From Lama guanicoe (taxonomy: Eukaryota): a stretch of DNA of 64,000 nucleotides. This document shows positions 53,601 to 64,000 of this stretch, one piece after another. Both the position numbers and the translations under genes were made by a program. Each line of letters opens with the position of its first letter. Positions within the stretch are counted from its first letter, which is position 1. Location of the stretch: NCBI GenBank assembly GCA_013239625.1, contig MU054391.1:5787824-5851823 (forward strand), in the 5' to 3' direction. Under the pieces are notes generated by a model that did not search any database, was not told where the DNA came from, and worked only from the letters and a program-made list of their open reading frames with translations.

Positions 53601-53994
53601 GCCTAACAAGGTTATTAAACAGCTTCAGGGGAATATATTCGTGGTGCTATAAAATAATAGAAAATGTAGTGAGAACTGTGGAGTGCCGTCTAAGGACATT
53701 GAAATTATAACCAAAAAAAACAAAAAGGTGCTGTGCAGCCCAAATTGAATTTATTCACGGGCCTTCCAGCCTCTCAGCCCCACATCTGAGATTTGAGACT
53801 TTCTGGGTTGCTTAAGGTCATATTTTAGAAAAAGCAGCAAATGCTATTTATAATATGACAACGGTCAGTGGGATGTTTCTAGGCGTCTGCTGTTTGCATA
53901 CATCCACCCTGAAGCATTTCAAGTCTGAGCTCAAGCATATGGGAAGCTTCCAAGAGAGTAGATCAGGGATCTGTGACTTTGTTTTGTTCTTTAG

Positions 53995-54151
53995 GAACAA
54001 CTTTGAGTATACCCTGGAAGCCTCAAAATCGCTGCGACAGAAGCCGGGCGATAGCACCATGACCTACCTGAACAAAGGCCAGTTCTACCCTGTCACCTTG
54101 AAGGAAGTGAGCAGCAATGAGGGAATCCACCACCCCATCAGCAAAGTCCGA
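53995..54151 (+). CDS. GRHL1: GRHL1 exon 6, 157 nt (start of Grh/CP2 DNA-binding domain)
   Basis: ctttag| and |gtaagt; (G)[61 protein letters not shown] is a CP2-domain hallmark. Confidence 0.97.
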
Positions 54152-54340
54152 GTAAGTTCTGCTCTCAGTTCTCTGGTCCAAGAAAGCTGCTCAGAGCTTA
54201 TTGTTTCCAGGTTGGAAGCAGATCTAAATTAAAATCTCAAATCACAGTTTTAATTCACTGCAAAATCTAAAGCTCAGTAAATTTTCCAGAAAATACTCAC
54301 CCCGCAGGGTCTTTACGTGGTAATGCATTCTCTTTCATAG

Positions 54341-54452
54341 AGTGTGATCATGGTGGTGTTTGCTGAGGACAAAAGCAGAGAAGATCAGCTGAGGCATTGG
54401 AAATACTGGCACTCCCGGCAGCACACAGCGAAACAAAGATGCATTGACATAG
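54341..54452 (+). CDS. GRHL1: GRHL1 exon 7, 112 nt
   Basis: tcatag| and |gtaagt; [37 protein letters not shown](A). Confidence 0.97.
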
Positions 54453-55410
54453 GTAAGTGGCTCCGGAGCTTGCTTTTATTCCCAGAGGTGCAAACATCCA
54501 GTTTTCTAAATCCAGTTATTTTTGGCAGTAAGCAACTTCCTGCCGAACGCATTTGAATTTTTATGCCAGCTACTGATCTGTTCCAGACACTGTCCTTGGC
54601 CTCCTGGAATCAGTGCTCTTAACATTACTTCCTTCACGAGGACACATGCCCTGCGCAGTGGCTTTCCATGTGACACTGGGGCCAGGAGCTGTGTAGTCAA
54701 CTCACATAGCAGTGTCCTGCTTTACAGTCTACAAATTTTTTGAGGGGTAATGTCTTCTTTAAGAGATTCAGATTATTTGGAGATGATAATAAGGTGGAGA
54801 AAAAGGCTCAACAAGTAAGAAAAATACTGCTGCTGGGCAGTCACACACAGTCTTCCCGAGAGACCTGCTAAGCTGCATGGTGGGTCTCTTCTGTCTGTAA
54901 ATAGACCCGGAGACTCATCACCTGGGGTGTAGACCTGTGCAAATCTGTACTTAGTCAAGCGGCTTTATGAAAAACCCTGCTCTTGCCATGTATATAATTT
55001 TCATGTAAAACCATGGTCTGTATCACAAGACGGCTCTTAATCTTCGTGTAACTTCTTTTCTTTGCCTTTAGTAATGTTTGTGCTCTTTCAGAAGAATTAA
55101 AAGAACTGAGTTCCAGTCTTGGTTCTCTGGACTAGGTTTGTGGCCTTGGGACAATTATTTAAGCTTTTTAGACCTAAATATCCTAATTTTAACATAATGG
55201 GATAAAATCAAATATATCTAAGCTTGCCTCTGTTACAAAACTTCTGTGATTCTTTTTCTTCACTTTTTGAACTTCTTTTGACCCAACAAAATATTAATGT
55301 ATATTATCCCGAGATGATAACATGAAAAGCTGAGTCTCACTTCGAGCTGCTGCAATCTCATGTTGAAAAGCAGAAATCGTGAATTTTTTTCTTTCTCATC
55401 CCTCATCCAG

Positions 55411-55505
55411 CTGACTACAAAGAAAGCTTCAACACCATCAGTAACATTGAGGAGATTGCTTACAACGCCATTTCTTTCACTTGGGACATAAACGATGAGG
55501 CAAAG
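55411..55505 (+). CDS. GRHL1: GRHL1 exon 8, 95 nt; the following intron runs past the window end
   Basis: atccag| and |gtgggt; (A)[31 protein letters not shown]; the expected next exon (VFISVNCLSTDF...) was not found in the window. Confidence 0.96.
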
Positions 55506-58500
55506 GTGGGTGACAGAGCCAGGGCCTCCTGAATCACCTGCTCTTGGAGGAGGACGGGATCCTTAATGGCTTGATAACCAATTTTTTTTTTCAGCTTTAC
55601 TTGTTCTCACTCCTTTGCTAAGGAATGGGGAGAACAAGCAGGGCTCAGAGGAGAGGTGACGGCCACAGTCGTGAGGGGCACGAGGTGGGACAGGACTCCG
55701 GGAGAAGGGATGGCCCCGCTCCTCTGCCAGCCCTCTCCTCCGGTTGCCACTGGCTGGTTCTCACTTCCTCTCTTTTCATTATCTCACGTTATCTGAAAGT
55801 ACAGCATCTTCCCAGGTGTCATGAAACCATCTTTCTCCCCTTTCTGTTCTCTTCTTCCTCCCAAAAGACAGTTTTTGTGGACACTCTTCACCGTACGTGG
55901 TGTGGTTGGGAGCCCCCATCATGGGGCTGGCTCCCCGTCTGGGCTCAGGCCCGACTCCTCGCTCCCTGGGCTCCATTTCCTCCTTTGCAGAGTGGAGTTA
56001 GTACCTGTCTCCTCCCTCCTTGAGGCGTGTTGTAAAGGTTGCTGGAGCAGTGCCTGGGAAGCTGTGGGAGTTTTTGCAGAGAGGCCCTCGAGGACAGGTT
56101 GTCATTAGCAATGCTCTGTTTCATATCTCTCCCCTCTAGATACAGCTCGTTTAAGATTCTTCTCTCTTGGGCTTTTACAAGTGAAGAATTGCCTCCAATT
56201 CGGATGGTCACTTGGATAATTGTGTGCGGAATTTTTAGTACCTTTTAAGAAAAATTAACCATATTTTTAAGTCATTTCTGCCTTTCCCACAGCCTTTTTC
56301 CTTTTTAGTACAACCCTTCTCCTCACTAAATTATCAAAGTTCTGGCATTTTTTTCCTTTGCATTAGTTTAAAAACTGGGAGCTCAGGCAGCACAATGGAA
56401 ACGTTAATTTGGGGACAGTTGTTAAAATAAGATTGATGTTTAGTGCTTGTGCAGGATTAGGGATAGTCTTCTATATCAGGAACCTGGTACAAAGTTACAA
56501 TCATCTTCCTGTCTTTTTCCAACCTCTCTTTTATTTTTTCTTTTATTTATTCATCAAGAATTGTAGCAATTACAGAATAAGACACTGCATTAGGTACTAA
56601 GTATTGTAGAATTTACTTTTTTACTGCCTAGGATTGCTTTTAAAAAATCATATGACTGGATTCCTTTGAACCATGTTGTGTTTGTATTATAATCACTCCC
56701 CTTTCTTACGGTGTTGTGGCGTCTGTGGCAAAAATGTGTCTTTAAGAGAGCAGGGTATAGAAGTGGGGTCCACCAGTCTGTAAGGAAGCTCAAGTTACCA
56801 TCACTGCATTAAACTCTTCCTGCTGGCCATTTCCATCCTGTACAGACGTCTCCAGGGTGCTTGATTAAACAGTGAATTCACTATAGAGAGGCTAATAGAA
56901 GGAAAAGTAAACTTTTCATTTTACATAATCATTGTTACAGTTATTTTGAAATTAAATATAGTAGGACTCAGTGTGCAAGCGGCCTGTGAGAAGAGTTGGC
57001 CCTGTGCCCCGCAGCTGGTGCTCCTGTTCTTAAATCAGACGAGGGAGGTATTTCCTATTCGCCGTTCGGGGCTGACTGAGGAACTGTGCAGACGCGCATC
57101 AGGAACGTCTAAGTCCCGCGTTCGCTCTTCTGACTTACCTGTGAGCTTGGGTTGGTCCCTTGGTTCACTCCCTCAGTTTTTGCCCCGATGCCCATAGGAG
57201 AGTGAAAAGGTCGGAGTGGCCAGCTCTCATCTTTGTTGGAGTGTCATCAGGATTAATAAGCACTTGTCAGGGTGCGTGGAGATCTTGGCGGAAAGGCCCC
57301 GTGCATGGGCAGGGTGCTTTGTTTGTTTGATGTGTCACTCTTCGGGGTGGGAGTAATGAAAGCCAAGATGACGAGTCCGGATAATGGCTGGTTTTATTCT
57401 GAAGGCCTTCAGCATGTTTGTATTAAAGAGAACTGTTGTCGGAGGCGTGTCCTAAGTAGCCTTAATAGCATTGTTAATTGACGTAGCTGAAGTCAGTTTC
57501 ACTCCCCCTTCCAGACCCCCAGCACTGACTTGATTTTTTTAAGCCTTTGCCGGCTACCAGATGGGGCTCATGTCATTTCTTAATGAGGCTGCTGCCTTTT
57601 GAAGCTGGTATCAGGCACCAACTTCAAGTGTGTGTTGAAATTAAGTCTGTAGATATTTTGCTTTCTCTGGCCAAGTTGATGTTTTCTGTTTTTACACTTA
57701 AAGTAATTGATGCCCCAAGGCAACCAGAGTGAACAGATGTACATGCAGAATCCTGTATGGATTTTTTTTTCACTTCTTTTTCTGAAAGCATCCCACTTTC
57801 TTATTCTAATTTAGGATACTTGATTCTTAAATCCAATTCATTCTCCGCACAAACGTAGGGTTTATTGGAGATATGTGGCATTCCCTTCTCCCCACTTAAA
57901 AAAAAAAAATCTAATGTCTAATATACCTGTTTTGGCCAGGCCAGGATGAGGAAAACCAGAATTCTCTCCCCACGTCAACCTGAGTATCTTCTCTGTAGCT
58001 TCTGCTGCTCTTCGGAGCTGACCGTTTTCAGGACATAGCAGGTTGAATCTTGAACACCTTGGCTTATGTTCCAGTTTGGGAAAAGCACTGTCCATGCTAG
58101 ACTCATCTTATGCTGTCCTTGTGCACACTCCACTTATCAGCATAATCATATACTTGCTGTTACCATGGAAACCTGAAGAAGTTATGAAACTTGTAAAAAA
58201 AAATCATTCGATTTCAAAGCAGCAGGGGAGAAGGAAGTTGCTTTGAAAAGCAGAAATATTTTAGAAACAATCCCCCTGGCAGCACTGGTCTCTCCACTGT
58301 GAATGGATTTCATTCATTTTTCTGTACTACGCACAAAATTAGGTTTGTTTGGGTAGTCTTTTCAAGAGTTAGGTATGTCCAGACAAGTGAAAGGTCATCT
58401 GACATTCACATTTCATTGAGAAATGACTTAATGAAATTTCTCTGCCTGCTGGTTTGCAGCTGAGATCAGTTGCTTGGGATAATTTTGGCAGGGAGAAGAG

Positions 58501-58962
58501 GCAGTTCCCTTTGAAATATGAAAAGGTGGTGCTCTAGTGAGGTGCTGAAAGTTTAGAATCTGTGAGATAGGAGGGCTCTGGCCACTTGGGGAAGAGAGAG
58601 TTAGGAAATGGGGGAGAGGCATAAGGAAAGGTGAGAGGAAAGATAAAAGCAGACTGGGACTATATAAAGATTTCATCCAGAGCTAACCGTGCACCTTGCC
58701 CCCGATTGCAGGAGTTCTTGACTTTATCCAGCAAATACTGAGTGTCTGCTGTTGCCGAGGCACTGTGGTAGAGCTGGGCTGGGACGCCGGTATTGTAGTT
58801 CAGATATGTTGTGGGTTGAACCGGCTTTTGTGGCCTCAGATCCTAAATATAACATCATATTTCTAAGGAAAAGAAACTTTGCACATGAACTTTGGAGACA
58901 CAAATAATTTATAAATTGGGGCTATCTGTTCTGCTCCAATTTCAGTATTTCTAAAACCAATT

Positions 58963-59128
58963 GGTGGGGAGGGTACAGCCTAGTGGTAGTGCGCGTGCTT
59001 AGCACGCACAAGGTCCTAGTTTCAATCCCAGTACCTCCACTAAAAATAAAATTTAAAAATAATTTTTAAATACATAAAGAAACCTGATTACCCACCGCCG
59101 CCAAAACAAAACAAAACAAAACAAAAAC
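58963..59128 (+). mobile_element. tRNA-derived SINE (vic-1-like) with (CAAAA)n tail
   Basis: GGGGAGGGTACAGCCTAGTGGTAG...GGTCCTAGTTTCAATCCCAGTACCTCCACTAAAAATAAA; TSD AAAACCAA(T/G)TG on both sides. Confidence 0.88.
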
Positions 59129-62100
59129 AAAACCAAGTGAGTAATTCCGGATAGGCTGGCTGCACATCGTGGCCTAGGGTTTAATTTTTTCCTTGAATTG
59201 TAAGTCTGAGAGTTTACAACAGCAGTGAGATTTGGATAGTGATGTGAAGTAAGGGCCCCTCAAAGCCCGAAGATCTAAAGTAAATAGAGGAAAAGAAGTT
59301 AGGGAGAGAGAATTACCTGCTTTGGATGCCTGTTTTATGCTCGGTGCTCTGCTTGAAGTGCCTTCCCTGTGTTCACATTCAGCCAGGCCGGGCTCCCTGC
59401 TTAGCTCCGTTGGAAAGCACTGAGTCCTGCAGGTGGGAATATGTTTGCTGGGTGGTCATCGAAATGAGATCCCCTGAGGAGGCAAGAATCTAGACCTTGA
59501 AATGGACAGAAAGTGTTCCTGATGGGACAACATTGAAAAGTGTAAGCGTTCTTGTTAACAGAGAAGCATTATGGACTCACAGATTCTTGCAGTAGAGCAC
59601 TGTGCTGCAAGGAAAATGTTTATGTTGCTTGTTGGATGAGTGATGTTCACCCACAGAGGAGTGGAAATTACAAGCCAGAAAACAACTGTGTGGGGTCAAG
59701 TGCGAATTGGGCCAGCCAGCTCTGAGGGAGCCCTGTAACCCAGGGGAGCGCTCGCGGGCAGGGGATCTGCTGGTGGCACAGGGACGGACTTGATTAGCTA
59801 ACTAGACAGTGTGGGAAACAGGAGAACAGGCACAGTTCAAAGCAGAGCCCAAGAGCCCTTTGATCGTCTGTGCTTAGCTGTGATCTCCATCAGCATCAAG
59901 CAAACCTTTTAAAGATGTAATGAAACCCCAGAGATACAAAATATCTAACGTGCTTTTTCCGAAGGTGACTTCTGAATCCTTGTTAGAAGGTGGATTGGGA
60001 TGCAGCTACACGTTTCATTTTTTAAATATTAGCAGCACAGAATTTACCGCCAGCTTTGCAGTAAGCTCTTGCCGGAGTGAACAGTGTCAGAGAAGAAGCA
60101 GATACAGAGTCTGATTTTCCTTATTGTGTTATGCGTCTGTGGCTTAAACCAGCCTGAAGGTTTGGGTGTTTGTCCTGCAGTGCTGTTGTGTGACCCAGTT
60201 GCCTTTTGATGCCTTCATCAGACCTGCAGAAGGAAGCACTCTGGGTCAGTTTGTGGTCAGAGTCCTCACAGGCAGGTGGAGCCTCATCTCTTTCTGGTGG
60301 CAGGATCTTACCTCTGGGGGTGACAGAGCCTACTGCAACACACTTTTGTCTCTTCATGGTTCAGTTCCCTTACATTTTTTCCCCTCAGTGTGGTGCTCTG
60401 GCCCGTGGAAAAGGGAGAGGACAAAGTTAGAGCATCCCATTTCCCAGACGGAACAATCCCTCCATGAGCTTTTCCTTCTTGTCATAATCTGTCAGCCCTC
60501 TAAAGGCACTGCGAGGCCTTCTGCAGGACTGTCCTTCCGGACCAGATGTCTTCTGTGTCGCGGAAAGGTTTGTGTTACAAAAGAAGGAAGTGGGACGCAG
60601 AGCCCAGCAGGAGCACTGGGAAGCCCTCGCGCGCGGGCCTGGGTTGGGATGGAGCACTGGTGTCTCTCACTTTTGTCTCCGGTCTCAGCAAAAGTGTTTG
60701 GAGTCCTGCTGAGGAATTATTGCAGCTCACAGAGTTTATTCTGTCGAAGGGTGTATCCATTCTGGTAACTTGAACTTAAGACTTTTTGTGTGTGTTTGTG
60801 GGATGCAGGTTTATGAGTTTAATAACAGTTTGTTGTTTTGTCTAAGGATAATATTTGGAATTCATTGTGAGAGTAATTTTTAATTTGTTTGCACTGAGCA
60901 TATTGCTTGTATTTATAGGGATTCCATTCTGGTGAAGCATCAATCAAGTGCTCCAGTAAAATAAGGTGTTGCCGGTTTGGTTGCATTAAGCAGGGACAGG
61001 TTTGGTTTGTTTCTCAACTTTAAATTTCCAGTGTGAATGGGAGGGAGGAGGCAGAGAGGTGAGTCAAATGTCTTACTTGCAATTGCAATTAAATGTAGGC
61101 AGGAGATTTAAAACAAAAGTGTATACTCCCTGGTCTAAATAAAAAAGGAAGCCAGGAAGCATTGTTACTTTTAAAACGAAGGGTAAGAGACTTCTGGGGT
61201 CCAAACAGATGTGGGCTGGCTCCACTGAACTGAGCTCTGTGTGTGTCCTGTCCTGAGACCACCAGGGAAGCTCAAGGTAGTGGAGAGGCTTCTGAAATGA
61301 CGTTATTTCAACTCTGGGGTGGGTGTGGGATCCTCCTATGCAGTTTGAAAATATGTATTTATTAAACTAAAAAATAAAAATTTTGGTGCTAGAAAGATAG
61401 TCACATTCCTTTATAGGGAATGAATAGTCTTTAGAGTTGTGGTTTGATCGGAATTGGAAATGACAGGTTTTTGTTGTTTGGAAATTTGTGATCAGCTGAT
61501 ATGGAATGAATTGTTGGCCACTGGAAGCTGACTTGGAAGAAACTGTTCTGGGTCTGGTCATAAGGCAGGTTTCTCCTTGAAACTTACTACGTTTCTTTTT
61601 GAAAGCGAATTTGGGTGGACTTCGGCTGGAAAGCCCTTCACGTGGGCTCAGGTGTCTGGGCAAGAGGTCTGTGCAGATGTAAAGTGCACTGCAGCCCGGG
61701 GACTTCAGAACCTGCAGGTGACAGCAGCACACGTCCGTCACTGCACAGGCCTGAGGCTGAGGGCCGGGCCCGGTGTGTTCGGCTGGACGAGGGAGACACT
61801 TGGCAGCCGAAGAAGCTTTGCTTTGGTGGTGAGGCCTGCGTCCTGTGGAACAGGTTTGAGGCAGCGCATCAGCCTCCAGTGTGCTGTCACTTGAGTTTGT
61901 TTTCCATTCTTTTTTTTTTGGTCTAGTTTTCCCCCTTCCTCCACCCTGCCACTGTCATGAAACAATAAGCTCCTCTCTAGAACTTTCTTCTTTGACAGCT
62001 TGTCACATTAACCCGCCTTCTCCTGGGTCCTTCCCGGAGAGTCCACCTCACATGGCTTTCTGAGCCTGTCCTTTCAAACAGTTTTGCTCCGTGTGAGCTC

Positions 62101-64000
62101 CCCCGGGGACCTTCGCTCCAACCAGACATCATTAGTCGCCCCTGATTTTACCTGGACTCGAGGTCTCAGGTGGTGCGGGGCCTGGGAGTTCAGGTTTCTT
62201 TTATATGGCAGATGCTCTTCTTGCAAGACTCCAAATCCCTCCAAAATGTAAGTGAACTCTAATTACTCAGGGACTTTTTCTTTAGCTTTTTTTAAAGTGC
62301 AGAATATCTCACGAGAAGTTTGGAGTGGAAGTCAGCTTGCCTGCCAAGTCTTCCCCGTGACGCACCCCCCCAATCCCATTCTGTACCCAGAGATGCTAGA
62401 ACGTGGTCTGTGTGTGCCTCATGTCACACCTGCACCCAGATCTGCGTATTTCAAACAAACAGTCTACTATTTGGGACAGCAGGTGCCAGATCACCACATC
62501 TGCCAAGTGCACTTAAGTTCATCGGGTCCTGCTTGTAGGATGGGACAGGGACAACAGCACGCAGGTGTGTCCTGCGTTCCTCTCTCTCCATTCTCTGTCT
62601 GCCTCTGGGACTCTCCTGCTGGCCGTCTGCAGTCTGTGTAGAAACCAAGCTGACGTGTGGGCGGTGTGGGAAGGCAGCGCTGTGGCAACAGGAAGGCTGA
62701 TGACTGGATCCTTGTGTTTTCTTCAGGGAAACGCCCCAGGTAGATGTGAGAAGATTTCGAGTCAGTGCTGTGCTCTTCCCACACCCCTTTTCTCGCCGCC
62801 CCCGCCTTCCAGTTCTTTCTCCCCCGCTGATGGTCGTTTGGTAGTCTGAGGAAGCGCACACATTCTAGGCGCACACCTGAGGGCTGGTAGCTCCTGCCGG
62901 TGTTATTCTGTAGTGGGTTTTTTTTTTAATCACCTCCCATTGTCAGAAGAGTTGGGAAGTGTGACTTTCCTCGGATTATCCGACGCATCAGTGGTGGAAC
63001 TGGCTTCTGCTTCTGAGTTTATGACTCAGTCTCTGATACCTTCCGGGGCATAATTAACTAGGCCTGCGCGCGTGGAGTAAGTCGGGAAATGACAAAGCTC
63101 GTGCAGAACCAAGATAATCGGGGTTTGTTTGCTTTGGAGTTTTTTCTTCCTTTTTTTTTTGGTTGAGGGGGAAGGAATATTGATTAAGATTAAATGTCTG
63201 CTGTATAATGCTCAATGAACGTTCCTGTCCAATTAGACTTTAGAATTGGGCTTTGATTTCTTCCTTTAAACTTTCCCACCCTGTTGGTTTCAGCTGACAT
63301 AACTTCATATAAACATACTGTGAAAATGGTGGTTTTATTCTCTTTAATTAGTGCTGTTGGGTTTGGGGTGAGAATAAACTCTTACTGACTTCATACTGTA
63401 ATTTCATTTGTCAGGAGGTTTCTAAGAAAAGCTACTTAGAAATAATTTAGAGTGATCTTTCTGACTGATGTGGAAGAGTTAAATTAAAATTACTTCGAGA
63501 GTTTCTACTGGCAATTTAGTAGATCAGTTACATTGTAGGAATGAGATTATGAATATTGTGTCTTTATTCGACTGCGTTGAATTTTAATATAATGTGATAA
63601 AGACTCCCAGAGGCCGCCGGGACTGTCCCCATGACGGCTGCTGCTGTCTCTAGCCGGGCCGGGCCATTGGCTGAACCTCACAACTTACATGAAATCAAAT
63701 AGGAACGTGGCATAGACACCCTGTCTGATGTGGAATATAGGGACCTTTAATTTCATGCCTCATGATCACGAAAGAATCTTCTGCTCACAGCCGCTTGGGG
63801 GTCACTTTTCCCCGTTTTCCTACTTCACCAGTTTTTCCATGAGGTACTTCAAGCCTTCTGTGCTTCCTTGTGTCACTGTGGTTTCAAGAGCATTGAATCT
63901 GGAGCAGGAGGCGTGGGCCCTGGCTTTGCCACTGTCATCTGTTCACTGTGTCTCTTGCTGTCTGTATCTTCGGAGCCTGAGCCTCAACCACAGTTGGACA

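Noticed and set aside
60166..60768. 200-aa intronic ORF
   Set aside because: Non-ATG start, no recognisable domain, not GRHL1 sequence; likely chance

Overview
Mammalian genomic DNA, probably a camelid given three vic-1-type tRNA-derived SINEs. The window holds two + strand multi-exon genes in tandem. The first is the last seven coding exons of TAF1B (RNA Pol I SL1 subunit; stop at 27183). After a ~16 kb repeat-rich spacer comes the CpG-island promoter and coding exons 1-8 of GRHL1 (Grainyhead-like 1; ATG at 43192), which continues beyond the window. All 15 exons were placed by hand from GT-AG boundaries and phase continuity; gene names and exon numbers come from recalled human protein sequences, not a search. 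The rest is L1, L2, MIR and hAT relics, SINEs and simple repeats, with approximate boundaries. I found no evidence for a novel multi-gene system. The best leads are transcript-level hypotheses: a phase-compatible TAF1B-GRHL1 read-through fusion with weak TAF1B poly(A) signals, an orphan 14-nt micro-exon-like site, a possible short GRHL1 isoform, unusual GRHL1 acceptors, and candidate epithelial enhancers.
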